A program made the translations under genes and the position numbers. Below the pieces are notes generated by a model. That model had not been told where the DNA came from. It made no database searches and saw only the letters and a list, made by a program, of their open reading frames with translations. A stretch of 64,000 nt of DNA, from contig OZ271854.1 of NCBI GenBank assembly GCA_965601925.1, forward strand, positions 3,648,001 to 3,712,000, written 5' to 3'. Shown one piece after another: positions 1 through 15,846 of this stretch. The DNA comes from Alkalispirochaeta sp. (GTDB lineage: Bacteria; Spirochaetota; Spirochaetia; DSM-27196; Alkalispirochaetaceae). Numbering within the stretch: the first letter of the stretch is position 1; each line of letters starts with the position of its first letter.

Positions 1-102
1 TCCGAAGTATCGTTTATTTGAGAAGAGACGCGGATAATTTCTACCCGTGCGTTCCGACAAAGAGTGTACTATAGTTAAACCGAGAATAAGGACGTACGCG
101 TA

Positions 103-444
103 ATGAGCACGAAAGTCAAAGTTGTGAGTCTTACCGGTGATGTCGTGCTGTCCACCGTCGAGCACCATCGCTCATCACTGCTGGAAAATTTTGAAGAAAA
201 CGAAATCGTCTTGGTAAGCTTGAGTCAGACGAGGGAGATCGATCTCTTCGGTATCCAGCTTCTATACTCCGCAAAACGATACGCGCGACGTCAGGGTAAG
301 GAGTTTCACCTCACCGGCTCCGTACCGGACGATGTGGCGCATCGCTTATGGGAGGCCGGTTTCACCGACGAGATCATTCACGACGGTCGGGAACTCGACA
401 ATCGATTGCACGAGTTTTTGAAAGGAGATCCCGATCATGCTTGA
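103..444 (+). CDS. STAS-domain protein (chemosensory operon)
   Basis: 113 aa with STAS-like LSQTREIDLFGIQLL motif; SD (AAGGA) upstream; overlaps the cheA start. Confidence 0.75.
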   Translation: MSTKVKVVSLTGDVVLSTVEHHRSSLLENFEENEIVLVSLSQTREIDLFGIQLLYSAKRYARRQGKEFHLTGSVPDDVAHRLWEAGFTDEIIHDGRELDNRLHEFLKGDPDHA

Positions 445-2561
445 TGGGTTTCAAGAGAGTTTTCGCGAAGAGGCGTTCGAGCTGCTGAACAGCCTCGAGC
501 AGTCTCTTTTGGAGCTCGAGGCCGACCCGGCAAATCGGGAAATCGTATCCGCCGTATTTCGTTCGATGCACACGATCAAAGGGTCGGCGGCGATGTTCGG
601 ATTCGAGGCAATCTCCGATTTTACGCATCACGTCGAGGAGATGTTCGACGACATTCGTAACGATCGCCTCTCGGTGACGCGCACCGTCATCGATCTCACC
701 CTCGAGTCGCGCGATCATATCCGCCATATGCTCGACGAGCCGGACGATACGGCGATTCCCACGAAATCGAAGGAGCTCATCGGACTCATTCAACGCGAGA
801 TCGATCGCGCGAGGGACGAGGAACGGGAGGCGGTGGATCCGAGCGAGTCGATGACGATCGAGGCGATCGGGCAAGAAGAGCCGCCGGAGGAGATCGTAAT
901 CGCGCCCCCTGAGGCGCAACGTATCGAGGATATGGTGACCGCTCCGGCGACGTGGCATGTGCGATTCGCTCCGGCGGCGGATATCGCCTCCAACGGTACG
1001 AATCCGTTACTGCTTCTCGCAGAGCTACGGGACCTCGGCGAGTGTACGGTTGTGCCCAATGCCGCGGGAATCCCGACGTTGGATAGTGTAACGCTAAGCC
1101 AGACGTACGTATCGTGGGACGTGTTTCTTACCACCACCCACGGTGAGGACGCAATACGCGACATTTTCATCTTCGTCGAGGGACAATGTGATCTTTCGCT
1201 CAACCTTATCGACGAGATGGATTCTACCGGTGACGAACAATACAAACGCCTCGGGCAGATTCTCGTCGAGCGGGGCGTGGTAGACGAAGATCTTATCAAT
1301 CGCATCGTCTCAAGCCAAAAGCGTTTGGGCGAGTTGTTGATCGGGAAGGGCGTAGACGCTCACGAAATCGAGAGTGCGCTCCAAGAGCAGGAGCATATTC
1401 GTAATGTGCGTCAGAAGGCGCAAACAGAGGCGGCCGCATCGAGCATCCGCGTCCATTCGGCAAAACTCGATGATTTGGTCGATCTGGTTGGAGAGCTCGT
1501 GACGCTTCAAGCCAGGCTCACCCAAACGGCCGGAAGCCTCGGCGGCGAGCTTTCGACGATTAGCGAGAACCTTGAGCGGTTGATTGGCGAACTACGCGAC
1601 CACACCATGAGTATTCGCATGGTGCCGATCTCTACCAGTTTTACTCGTTTTCGACGCCTGATTCGCGATCTTTCGCGTGACCTCGGGAAGGAGGTTGATC
1701 TCGTCACCGAGGGCGGCGAGACCGAGCTGGACAAGACGGTCATCGACCGGCTCCACGATCCGTTGGTGCACGTGATTCGCAATAGCATCGACCACGGATT
1801 GGAGACGCCTACGGAGCGACGGGAGGCCGGCAAAGAGCCGATCGGCACCGTCACGTTGCGCGCCAGCCACGTCGGAGCAAATGTCGAGGTGCGCGTAGAA
1901 GACAACGGCCGTGGGCTCGATCGGGAGCGGATTACGCAACGCGCGATAGATCGCGGGTTGATATCGAAGGACACTCAGCTGACCGAAAGCGACGTGTTCG
2001 ATCTCATTTTTGCCGCCGGTTTTTCGACCGCCGACGCCGTCACGACCGTCTCGGGGCGCGGTGTCGGAATGGACGTCGTGCGCAAAGAGATCGAACACAT
2101 CGGCGGGACGGTGAAGCTCGAATCCCGTCAAGGCGAGGGAACCGCGGTGGTCATGTCGATTCCGCTAACGCTGGCCATCATCGACGGGCTCTTGGTACGC
2201 ATCGGCGGGGAACGGTTCGTCATTCCCCTTTCCAACGTCGAAGAGTGCATCGAGTATCATCGCAACCGGGAGACTACCGGCGTCGTCGCCAACAGGGGCG
2301 ATCTGCTTCCTATTATCGAGCTTCGACGCGAGTTCGGAATAGAGGGCGAGCCGCCGGCCATCGAACAAGCCGTCGTCGTGCGCACCGGAATCGGTGTCGT
2401 CGGGTATATCGTCGATACGGTGATCGGCGATCACCAAACGGTCATCAAGAATCTCGGTAGGGTATACCACAACATCGACGGCGTCAGCGGAGCAACGATC
2501 CTCGGCGACGGTAACGTCGCGCTTATTCTCGATACCCAACGTCTTGCGGCGGGGAAAGGCC

Positions 2562-2581
<20 letters not shown>
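437..2581 (+). CDS. cheA: Chemotaxis histidine kinase CheA
   Basis: Hpt FRSMHTIKG, dimerisation LVDLVGELV, HATPase SGRGVGMDVV, C-terminal CheW-like domain. Confidence 0.97.
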
Positions 2582-7102
<4,521 letters not shown>

Positions 7103-7106
<4 letters not shown>

Positions 7107-7528
7107 GCGGAGTGAAGAGAATTCGTGTACTGATAGTAGAGGACGATTTCGGCAGCCGGCGCTTCCTGCAGATCGTCTTGAAGGATCGCGCGCGGTGCGA
7201 TGTGGTAGTGGACGGGCAGGAGGCGATCGAGGCGGTGGGTCTCGCGTGGGAGGAGAATGATCCGTACTCGCTGATTCTTCTCGATATCATGATGCCGAAC
7301 TTGGACGGTCAGACGGCGCTCAAAGAGATTAGAAAGATCGAAGAGAAGATCGGAGTGCAGCCGACCGACCAGGTAAAAGTCGTGATGACGACCGCCTTGG
7401 AGGATCCGAAGAACGTCGTGGAGGCGTATCACAAAGGCGGCGCCGACGCATACTTGGTCAAACCGATCGATCGCGAGAAACTGTTCCATATCATCGAAGA
7501 CGTGGGACTGCGCCTTGGCGGAGCGTGA
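7103..7528 (+). CDS. Single-domain response regulator (CheY-like)
   Basis: VEDD...LLDIMMP...T...KP receiver motifs; ATGA overlap with the upstream gene. Confidence 0.9.
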
Positions 7529-9440
7529 TTCCGACGCCCGGCAGGAAATCCTTATCGTCGAGGACGAACGGCTCATAGCGCTGGAGATCAAGTTCCATCT
7601 GAAGCGGTGGGGCTACGGGATCGCCGCGGAGTTTTCGTCCGGCGAGGACGCTCTCGAGTTTCTGGCGCAGCGACACGAGGAGGGCGCGCTGCCCAGCCTC
7701 GTCCTGATGGATATTCAGCTTTCCGGGGAGATGGACGGCGTCGGCGCGGCCATTGTCGCTCGCGAGCGCTTTGCTCTGCCGGTGGTCGTACTGACCGCGT
7801 ACGCCGATGAGAAGACTCTCGATCGCGCAAAACTCTCAGAGCCGTACGCCTATATCATAAAGCCGATCAACGAACGGGAGCTCAAGACGGCCCTTGTGCT
7901 TGCCCTGTATCGCAACCGGATGGAGCGCGCGATTCGGTCGCGAGAGCGATTGCTCTCGGGAATCCTCGCCTCGATACATAGCGGCGTCGTTCTCAGCGAC
8001 GCGGACGGCGCCATTCAATATGCAAACCGGCGCGCCGATACGATTCTAAACCGGAGTGTGGCGGAGGCGGCGTCGATCGATGGACTCTTTCCCACGGAGC
8101 TGCGAGACGCGGCGCTATCGTCGCCGCATCCGGTCGTTTACCATCCGGAGTCCGGACCGGGACGCACCGTGGAGGTCGTCGCGGCCGTAATCGGTAGCGA
8201 CGGTAAAGAGGCGCCCGTGGAGCAGGTCGTGTGGGTACTCGAGGACATCACCGCGCGTATCGACAGCGAAAAGAAGCTACGACAAAAAGACGAGCAGCTC
8301 GCCCACGCCAGCCGTATGGACGCCGTGGGTCGTATGTCCGGCGGACTCGCTCACGATTTCAGTAATCTGATGACGGTGATCATGGGGTGCACGCGACTGA
8401 TTATCGACGACCTTGAGACGTACCCTGAGCTCGCGAGTATCGAGAAGAATATCGCCGAGATCAACAGAACGGCGCGACGGTCCGCCACGCTCATCCGGCA
8501 GTTGTTGGCATTCAGTCGGGTGACGCACGTCGAGCCGCAGCGGTTGGTGCCCGATACGGTGATCTCCGAGATGCGGACGATGATCGACGGACTCGTTCCG
8601 GAGGATATCGATCTGCAGATACAGACCCGCGCTACGGCCGCGACTGTACACATCGACCGCTCCCGGATGGAGCAAATCGTGCTCAATCTCGTACTTAATG
8701 CGCGCGACGCCATGCCTTTAGGCGGTTCCATCGGCGTCTCCACCAGGCGCATCGAACTCGCGGACGACGTTCCCACTCTCGTCCGCGACTTGCGGGCCGG
8801 GTCGTACTTTCTATTGCGCGTCTCCGACAACGGCGAGGGGATACGCCCTGAGGATCTGCCGTACGTATTCGAGCCCTTTTTTACCACCAAAGAGTCCGAA
8901 CTCGGCAGCGGGTTCGGTCTGGCGACCGTATACTCAGCCGTCGACGAGGGCGGCGGAGGCATCGACGTGTCCAGCACCCTCGGTCAAGGAAGCACGTTCA
9001 GCATCTACCTTCCCGACTTCGGCCCCCCAAACGAGAGTCCCGTTGCGTCGTCTCCGCAGAGCTCCACGGTCCGCGGAGACGAAATGGTTCTGGTCGTTCA
9101 GGAGGAGGAGGTGATGCGGAGCGTAATCGGGACGATACTCCGATCGCACGGATTTGCCCCCGTCGTCGCCCGATCGGTGGGCGAAGGCCTCCTTCTGTTG
9201 GAGAAGTTCGCCCGCATTGAGGCGATCATCAGCGATCTATCGGCGCCCTTCTTCTCCGCCGCCGAAATCGTCCGGCGTTACAGACGCCGATCGAGTAACG
9301 ACATTGCGATCATACTCGCGACGGGCCGAGCCGCCGGACCATCGGGCGGGCAAGATGCGACGTTGATGAAACCCTTCGAGCCCGAAGAGTTGCTGGATAC
9401 GTTGAGAGATTCTCTCGACCGACGTAAGCAACAAGGTTGA
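7515..9440 (+). CDS. Hybrid histidine kinase (REC-PAS-HisKA-HATPase-REC)
   Basis: GGLAHDFSN H-box, NARDAMP, FEPFFTTK, GSGFGL; start uncertain. Confidence 0.9.
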   Translation: MAERDSDARQEILIVEDERLIALEIKFHLKRWGYGIAAEFSSGEDALEFLAQRHEEGALPSLVLMDIQLSGEMDGVGAAIVARERFALPVVVLTAYADEKTLDRAKLSEPYAYIIKPINERELKTALVLALYRNRMERAIRSRERLLSGILASIHSGVVLSDADGAIQYANRRADTILNRSVAEAASIDGLFPTELRDAALSSPHPVVYHPESGPGRTVEVVAAVIGSDGKEAPVEQVVWVLEDITARIDSEKKLRQKDEQLAHASRMDAVGRMSGGLAHDFSNLMTVIMGCTRLIIDDLETYPELASIEKNIAEINRTARRSATLIRQLLAFSRVTHVEPQRLVPDTVISEMRTMIDGLVPEDIDLQIQTRATAATVHIDRSRMEQIVLNLVLNARDAMPLGGSIGVSTRRIELADDVPTLVRDLRAGSYFLLRVSDNGEGIRPEDLPYVFEPFFTTKESELGSGFGLATVYSAVDEGGGGIDVSSTLGQGSTFSIYLPDFGPPNESPVASSPQSSTVRGDEMVLVVQEEEVMRSVIGTILRSHGFAPVVARSVGEGLLLLEKFARIEAIISDLSAPFFSAAEIVRRYRRRSSNDIAIILATGRAAGPSGGQDATLMKPFEPEELLDTLRDSLDRRKQQG

Positions 9441-9474
9441 AACGTACGGATACTCCGTAGTACAACTGCCCCTC

Positions 9475-11289
9475 ATGAGTGATACTCCGAGAACACGGCG
9501 AACGCGAAACTTCTGCATTATCGCGCACATCGACCACGGAAAGTCGACGTTGGCCGATCGCTTCATTCAACGCTCCGAGATCGTCGGCGATCGCGACTTT
9601 CACGATCAGCTTCTCGATTCCATGGATATCGAGCGCGAGCGGGGAATCACCATCAAAAGCCAAGCGGTGACACTCCCAATGGAGATCGGAGGCGACGAGT
9701 ATCGCCTCAATCTCGTCGATACTCCCGGTCACGTCGATTTCTCCTACGAGGTGAGCCGCGCGATCTCCTCGTGCGAGGGAGCGATTCTCCTGGTCGACGC
9801 AGCTCAAGGCGTCGAGGCGCAAACCTTGAGCAACCTCTATCTTGCCCTGGAGCACGACCTCGAAATCATTCCCACGATCAATAAGATCGACCTGCCGGCG
9901 GCGGATGTGGATCGGTGTCTGCATCAAATAGAGCACGATTTGGGACTCGATCCGACCGAGGCCGTACAAGTAAGCGGAAAGACCGGATTCGGTGTCGAGG
10001 ATCTCCTGAGCGTACTCGTGGATCGTATTCCTCCTCCCTCCGGCGACCCCGAGGCGCCGCTGCGGGCGCTGGTGTTCGACAGCCACTACGATCCGTACCG
10101 CGGCGTCATCGTTCATATTCGCGTCTTCGATGGAAGTATCCGCACCGGCGATACGATCGAAATGTGGTCGAACGGTGCCCGCTACGACGTAGAAGAGGCG
10201 GGACGGTTCAAGATTAAACTCGACCGGACCGACGAACTTGAGGCGGGCGACGTGGGATACATCATCGCGGGGATCAAGACGATCCGCGACGTGCGAGTCG
10301 GCGATACGGTGACGCGTCCCGATAATCGGTGTGACGCTCCGTTGCCGGGGTTCCGCGAGGTCAAGCCGGTGGTCTTTTCATCGATTTATCCGGTCGATAC
10401 CAACGAGTATCCGGAGCTGGTGCGCGCCATGGACAAGCTGAAGCTCAACGACGCCTCCCTCGTTTTCGAAAAAGACAACTCCGCGGCGCTCGGATTCGGA
10501 TTTCGGTGCGGGTTTCTCGGTATGCTGCACCTCGAGGTCGTACAGGAGCGGTTGGAGCGCGAGTTCGATTTGAATCTCGTGCTGACCGCACCATCGGTGC
10601 AGTATCGAGTCGAGTTTCCGAACGGTGAGACGACGCTCGTAAACAATCCGTTGGAGTATCCCGAGCCGGGTACGATGCAGCAGACCTACGAGCCGTACAT
10701 TAAAGCTTCGATCATCACCCCGGACAGCTATCTCGGACCGATGATGACACTATGCAATGAGAAGCGCGGCATTCAGAAGGATATGGTGTACCTGGATACC
10801 TCGCGTGTCGAGCTGATATTCGAGATGCCGCTCTCGGAGGTGCTCTTCGATTTTTACGACAATCTCAAATCGCTTTCGCGGGGTTACGCCTCCTTCGACT
10901 ATGACATGATCGATTACCGACCGGTGGACCTCGTGCGTCTCGATATCCTCGTAAACGGCAAACCGGTAGACGCTCTCTCGATGCTCTGCTATCGCGGAAA
11001 CGCCGAGATGCGGGCGAGAGCGGCGTGCAAGCAGCTGAGAAAAGAGATCCCCCGTCACCAGTTCAAGATTCCCATTCAGGGGGCGATCGGCGGAAAAGTT
11101 ATCGCGCGCGAGACGATCTCTGCACTGCGAAAGGACGTTACCGCCAAATGTTACGGAGGCGATATCAGCCGTAAGCGCAAGCTTCTGGAGAAACAGAAAG
11201 AGGGCAAGAAGCGTATGAAGACGGTGGGAAACGTCGAACTCCCGCAGTCCGCTTTTCTCTCGGTGCTCAAAGGGTCGCCCGAGGAGTAA
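9475..11289 (+). CDS. lepA: Elongation factor 4 LepA
   Basis: AHIDHGKSTLAD, DTPGHVDF, KCYGGDISRKRKLLEKQK. Confidence 0.98.
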   Translation: MSDTPRTRRTRNFCIIAHIDHGKSTLADRFIQRSEIVGDRDFHDQLLDSMDIERERGITIKSQAVTLPMEIGGDEYRLNLVDTPGHVDFSYEVSRAISSCEGAILLVDAAQGVEAQTLSNLYLALEHDLEIIPTINKIDLPAADVDRCLHQIEHDLGLDPTEAVQVSGKTGFGVEDLLSVLVDRIPPPSGDPEAPLRALVFDSHYDPYRGVIVHIRVFDGSIRTGDTIEMWSNGARYDVEEAGRFKIKLDRTDELEAGDVGYIIAGIKTIRDVRVGDTVTRPDNRCDAPLPGFREVKPVVFSSIYPVDTNEYPELVRAMDKLKLNDASLVFEKDNSAALGFGFRCGFLGMLHLEVVQERLEREFDLNLVLTAPSVQYRVEFPNGETTLVNNPLEYPEPGTMQQTYEPYIKASIITPDSYLGPMMTLCNEKRGIQKDMVYLDTSRVELIFEMPLSEVLFDFYDNLKSLSRGYASFDYDMIDYRPVDLVRLDILVNGKPVDALSMLCYRGNAEMRARAACKQLRKEIPRHQFKIPIQGAIGGKVIARETISALRKDVTAKCYGGDISRKRKLLEKQKEGKKRMKTVGNVELPQSAFLSVLKGSPEE

Positions 11290-13009
11290 TGTCGCCGGCG
11301 GCGCTCAAGGCGCGCGCAATCCGGCGGCGGTAGTCACCGACGCATCTGAGTACGCGGAGGCGGTGGAGTTCCATCCATTCGCGCTTGACCGTGGCGAGGG
11401 GCCATTGGGGTAGATCGAACATAGCAAACTCGACACCCGCGTCGAGGATAGCCGGAAGCGCGGCGCTCTGCAGGCGGCGTTCTTCAATTTCCAGGCGGCG
11501 ATAGAGCGCCACCAACGCTGCGCGGCGAACTGTGGCGGCGTCACGGGACGCTCGACCATCCGGAGTGTCGCCTGCCGCCGCGGTCGTTGACCACCTCGCT
11601 TCTCCATCGACCGAAACTCTCTCTTCACACCAACGGCGCATTTCCGCGATAGAGATCTCTTCCGTAGAGATCGGGAGCCCCGGCGCGGTGGTGTGGCGTA
11701 CCGTAACGCCGCCCTGTGACGCATCCTCGACGAGTGCGCGCATCTGCTCGGCGTGGTCGGCGAGCACCCGATCCGAGCGAACCGACCGGCCGTCGCGGAG
11801 TCTTGCATCGATCCACGGGCGGGCGAGAAGGCGCTCGGCCCCGTCCCGATGGTGAAGCCGATTCGTAGCACGACGTACTATCCGGTCGATGGCGCTCATG
11901 CGGGCGTGAGTCGCCGGCGGTCGGTACCAGAAGTCGATGCCGGTGCACACGATATCGGTTACGCCGCCGAAGCGGGTTAGCAGCTCGATCGCCGCCGGCG
12001 CGATCGAGCCGCGGGGTGCCACAATCGGCAGCCCGGCGAGTACGTCGCCGGCGGTGTAGGCCACGCCGGTCGTCGGATCGGGGTCGATGCGTTCCGCGAA
12101 GAACGAGACATCGGAGAAGCGTGTCGCAAATAGGAAGCGACCCGCCGGCGGAAAGCGTCTCACGATGCTGAAATGGGTCGTGACGTCGGCGATCAATACC
12201 GTCTCGTCCCACCGCCACGGGAGAAAGTCGCGCGCATTGGTCAACTGCCCGTCGAGGGATATCACCGCATCGGGGCGGACGCCCGCCGCGGCGAGCGCCG
12301 GAAGGGCCGTGTCGATCGCGACGAGCCGCACCGCGTGCGTACCGGCGTGCAGCCGCTCGCGACGCGCGGGGAAATAGTTGCGTAGGGTAGGTAGGAGCGC
12401 CTCCAACCCCGGTCCGGCGCCGGCGAGCACGGCACGGTCGCTGAAACAGGCGTTCAACTCGGTAATGGGACGGGCTTGGCACGCTGCGTTACGGGCGAGA
12501 TTGACGATCCATCGTCGACCCAAAAGCACTTCGGTACCGCGATTGCGCCAGAATTGTCGTATATGCGAGGCGATTTGCGTCTGAAGCGCCTGGTACCCTT
12601 GGACGTGGATCCGGGCTCCACCGCTCAGCGCGACCGACTCGACGCGACGAATTGCGAGGCGACGAATCAGAACAGCGGCGCGGCGCAGCGCCTCGTCTGC
12701 GCCCGCCGTTCCCGTGCACCGTTCACGCTCCTTCCATACCGGGCGTATCGCGGTGTGCTTCGCGAGCACCGGATCGAGCTCTACGGTGACAACCGCACTC
12801 GTCGCCGGCACACTCGAAAACCACGCGTCGATTCCGAATCCGAATAGCGGCGAATATATGAGATAGAGCGTTTGCTCCTGTAGCTCGGTAGGTAAGCGTC
12901 GCGCCTGTGATACACCCGGCTCGGGGCCGGTGAGGGGGCGTCCTCGATAATGGACGACGGGGCCCTCGGGGCCCTGAATCACGGTGACTGCACGCGACGT
13001 GGAGTCCAA
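11267..13009 (-). CDS. MAF/DUF115 (MptE-like) domain protein
   Basis: AGAGPGL...AIDTAL...PDAVISLDGQ...GIDF pattern typical of DUF115. Confidence 0.65.
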   Translation of the reverse strand: MDSTSRAVTVIQGPEGPVVHYRGRPLTGPEPGVSQARRLPTELQEQTLYLIYSPLFGFGIDAWFSSVPATSAVVTVELDPVLAKHTAIRPVWKERERCTGTAGADEALRRAAVLIRRLAIRRVESVALSGGARIHVQGYQALQTQIASHIRQFWRNRGTEVLLGRRWIVNLARNAACQARPITELNACFSDRAVLAGAGPGLEALLPTLRNYFPARRERLHAGTHAVRLVAIDTALPALAAAGVRPDAVISLDGQLTNARDFLPWRWDETVLIADVTTHFSIVRRFPPAGRFLFATRFSDVSFFAERIDPDPTTGVAYTAGDVLAGLPIVAPRGSIAPAAIELLTRFGGVTDIVCTGIDFWYRPPATHARMSAIDRIVRRATNRLHHRDGAERLLARPWIDARLRDGRSVRSDRVLADHAEQMRALVEDASQGGVTVRHTTAPGLPISTEEISIAEMRRWCEERVSVDGEARWSTTAAAGDTPDGRASRDAATVRRAALVALYRRLEIEERRLQSAALPAILDAGVEFAMFDLPQWPLATVKREWMELHRLRVLRCVGDYRRRIARALSAAGDITPRATL

Positions 13010-13015
13010 GGACGG

Positions 13016-14512
13016 TCAGTTTCCCAAGACGTATCGATTGAAGGCTTGAGCGAAGTTGTCCTCGAGACGCTCCTGGTCGACAAACGCGCCTTCGATCTCG
13101 TCCTCGCTGAACTGTCTCATAAGCGAGTCGTAGAAATCCGTGATGAAGCCGACGCTCTGCTCCCGCGCCTCGCGCTCCTCGCGAATCTGCAACACGACCG
13201 CCGATTGTCTGAGGACTATCGGTTCGCTGACCTCACTCCCTTCCAGCGAAAACGCCGCCTCAAGGAAGTCTTCGCGAAAAGCAGCGTCGGCAAGGTCGGG
13301 TAACTCGGCGCTCTGCAGCTGCCCGAAGAGCTGGAGATTCCCGTAGTTAATCGGAAAGAACGGCGTCGAGACGACCTCCCGCCCTTCAATGAGGGCGACT
13401 TGGGCAAAGCCGCCGGTCGCCGCCGTCTCCGCGAAGCGTTCGGCCTCGGCGCGTACGTAATCCTGGATGCGTCCCTGTTCGAATATCTCCATATACTCGC
13501 GAACCTCCGCGAGCGCGTCGTCCGCCGTGGGATCCACCACACGCGGAGCCGACAGAGCGCTGTAAAAGGACCATCCGCCGGTCGTCTCCACCACATCGCT
13601 GATATCGCCCTCTCGAAGATTCAACAATGTCGTCAAATCTTCCGGCGCCACGAGCTCCTGGCGTAGTTCGTATCCGAATATCTCGCCGATCTGGCCCTCC
13701 TGATCGGCGTACAGATCGCGCGAGTAGGTTCGCGCGAGGTCTCCCATCGGATTCCCGGGCTCCAGAGCCTGCGAGCGAATCTGCTGCGCCTCTTCCTCTG
13801 TCGCCAGCGTTACCACCGCCAGATCGAGCGTAGTGAAGAGTTCGGTGTTCTCAGCGGCGAATAGGCGTACCTGAGGGTCGGGAAACTCGGAAAAGGGAAA
13901 GCGAACGACGTCAAAAGAGCGTTCCGGTCCCGCCATTGCGGCTACGAAATCGCGCTCGGCGTTACTGGTACGGCCGCCGGTGAGTACGTCGTTCACAACG
14001 TCCTCGAAGATCGCTACCTCGCGGTAGAAGTCGCGCATGGAGAGGAGCGTTTGATTATCGACGCTGCGATACGCCGCGGCGTCGAATCGACCGTTCACCT
14101 GAAACCGTGGATCCCGGGCGATGAGACCGTCTATGCGCTCTTGTGATACACGAACGCCCGACGCCTCGGCCTCCTGTAAAATCGCGGTGTGCAGTACCGC
14201 CCGGTTGAACGCCTCGCGCCACGCCAACCTCAACTGGAGTTCCAGGCCGATCTCGTTTCCCGAGGCCTGTAGCGACTGCGCAACCGCTTCGTACTGGCGT
14301 GCGAAAAAATTTCCCGGATCGTAGGCGATATCTTGACTGCCGTACCGTCCGAACACCGGACGTGCAGGTGCTATCGTCGGCGCGATAGCCGGCATGCCGA
14401 TAAAGGCGAACACGATGATAACGAGAACGGCGACGGTTCCAACGTACAACCAGGTGCTTCGACCCGTCGGGCGCCGCGAACTTTTTTTATGAGTCTCTTT
14501 GGGCTCTGCCAT
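13016..14512 (-). CDS. PpiD/SurA-like membrane-anchored chaperone (peptidylprolyl isomerase family)
   Basis: N-terminal TM, SurA-N-like helices, LARTYSRD...GDISDVVETTGGW parvulin-like segment. Confidence 0.7.
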   Translation of the reverse strand: MAEPKETHKKSSRRPTGRSTWLYVGTVAVLVIIVFAFIGMPAIAPTIAPARPVFGRYGSQDIAYDPGNFFARQYEAVAQSLQASGNEIGLELQLRLAWREAFNRAVLHTAILQEAEASGVRVSQERIDGLIARDPRFQVNGRFDAAAYRSVDNQTLLSMRDFYREVAIFEDVVNDVLTGGRTSNAERDFVAAMAGPERSFDVVRFPFSEFPDPQVRLFAAENTELFTTLDLAVVTLATEEEAQQIRSQALEPGNPMGDLARTYSRDLYADQEGQIGEIFGYELRQELVAPEDLTTLLNLREGDISDVVETTGGWSFYSALSAPRVVDPTADDALAEVREYMEIFEQGRIQDYVRAEAERFAETAATGGFAQVALIEGREVVSTPFFPINYGNLQLFGQLQSAELPDLADAAFREDFLEAAFSLEGSEVSEPIVLRQSAVVLQIREEREAREQSVGFITDFYDSLMRQFSEDEIEGAFVDQERLEDNFAQAFNRYVLGN

Positions 14513-14647
14513 AGCCTCTGTATGTCCTCTCTCCACCGATGAATATATAAGTGGCGCAAACGGTAGCATGTGGTCTCGGCGCTGTCAACGAAACGGCGCC
14601 GACCGCGCGGTACGACGCAATTCCTTCGGATAATGATAACTGCCGGG

Positions 14648-14677
14648 TTGACCACGATTTTCCTCGTTTGGTATTGT
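14648..14677 (+). promoter_or_regulatory. sigma70-type promoter of tRNA-Pro
   Basis: TTGACC-18-TATTGT with TG extension. Confidence 0.55.
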
Positions 14678-14689
14678 CTGCACTACGAC

Positions 14690-14762
14690 CGGGCTGTAGC
14701 GCAGGGGCTAGCGCGCGCCGTTCGGGACGGTGAGGTCGGAGGTTCAAATCCTCTCAGCCCGA
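14690..14762 (+). tRNA. tRNA-Pro(CGG)
   Basis: CGGGCTG/CAGCCCG acceptor stem, anticodon loop TTCGGGA, GGTTCAAATCC T-arm. Confidence 0.95.
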
Positions 14763-14768
14763 TTCCGC

Positions 14769-14800
14769 AAGGCGTCCAACGACTGTTGGACGCCTTTTTT
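14769..14800 (+). terminator. Intrinsic terminator
   Basis: GGCGTCCAAC-gact-GTTGGACGCC followed by T6. Confidence 0.9.
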
Positions 14801-14866
14801 ATGCACAGGACAAGCGTCTCTCAACTTTGAATGCTCCGGTGCCGACGATAGAACGAGAAGAGCGCT

Positions 14867-15715
14867 ATGAGACATGTACTAATCTGTGTTGTACTGACAT
14901 TTACCGTCTGCGCCGCGACATTCACTCAGACGGCACATCACGAAGTCGGAGACGGAGAGACGCTGTACGGGATCGCTCGACAATACGGCGTTCCCGTCGA
15001 TCGCTTGATCCGCGCAAATCGCATCGGAGCTCCCGAGTTGTTGCTTCCCGGAACGATCCTCACCATTCCGGGAAACTACGAGGTACGACGGGGAGACACG
15101 CTCTTCTCGATTGCCCGTGCTCACGGCACATCGGTCGATGAGATCCGCGCTTTGAACGACCTCGAAAGCACGACCATTCGTATCGGTCAGACGCTCCGTC
15201 TTCCCATCGATAAGGAAGATCCCGAAGGGCCTCCCATGACCGATACCACCCCATCCGTCGCCCTCACCGACGGCGATGACGAGAACGAGGCCGAGCCGAC
15301 CCATCAGCGTCTCGACCCGATTCCCGTTGCAGTGTCTATCGTAGAGCCCCTCTCGTTCAGCGACGGCGGCTCGTGGCCCGTAGCCGGTACTCGGCGCACT
15401 CTGGACGGAAAGTTTCCCGGCGTACTCATCGAGTCGAGTCGCGGTGTTCCGGTGACCAATGTCGCCTCCGGGCGCGTCGTCTATGCCGGTCCCCACTCGA
15501 GCTTCGGCAACGTGATATTCGTGCAATCGCCGCGAGGCTATATCTACGTGTACGGCGGTCAAGAATCGATCGCCGTCGAGGTCGGCGACGATATCGACGC
15601 GGGGATATCGATCGGTACCGTCGGCGTCTCGCCCACCGAAGGCAGCGCGGCTATCTATTTCTCGGTGTGGTTCGATGATCGTTTCGTCGACCCCGAAGTT
15701 GCTCCGAGGGGATGA
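14867..15715 (+). CDS. LysM x2 + degenerate M23 (NlpD-like) protein
   Basis: Signal peptide, two LysM repeats (GETLYGIA, GDTLFSIA), LytM-like C-terminus lacking the metal-binding His residues. Confidence 0.85.
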   Translation: MRHVLICVVLTFTVCAATFTQTAHHEVGDGETLYGIARQYGVPVDRLIRANRIGAPELLLPGTILTIPGNYEVRRGDTLFSIARAHGTSVDEIRALNDLESTTIRIGQTLRLPIDKEDPEGPPMTDTTPSVALTDGDDENEAEPTHQRLDPIPVAVSIVEPLSFSDGGSWPVAGTRRTLDGKFPGVLIESSRGVPVTNVASGRVVYAGPHSSFGNVIFVQSPRGYIYVYGGQESIAVEVGDDIDAGISIGTVGVSPTEGSAAIYFSVWFDDRFVDPEVAPRG

Positions 15716-15846
15716 TGCACCCTTTTTCGACGATTATGGTGTGGTCGACCTGCATCTTGGTAAAAACATATAGGAATTTAGTCATGTTCTTTGGAATATT
15801 ATCGCGCGATGTGTTAAGATATTGATGTAAAATAGAGAAAGTATCG

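Noticed and set aside
15790..15810. Possible sigma54 promoter upstream of the sigma factor gene
   Set aside because: The GG-to-GC spacing does not fit the -24/-12 consensus.
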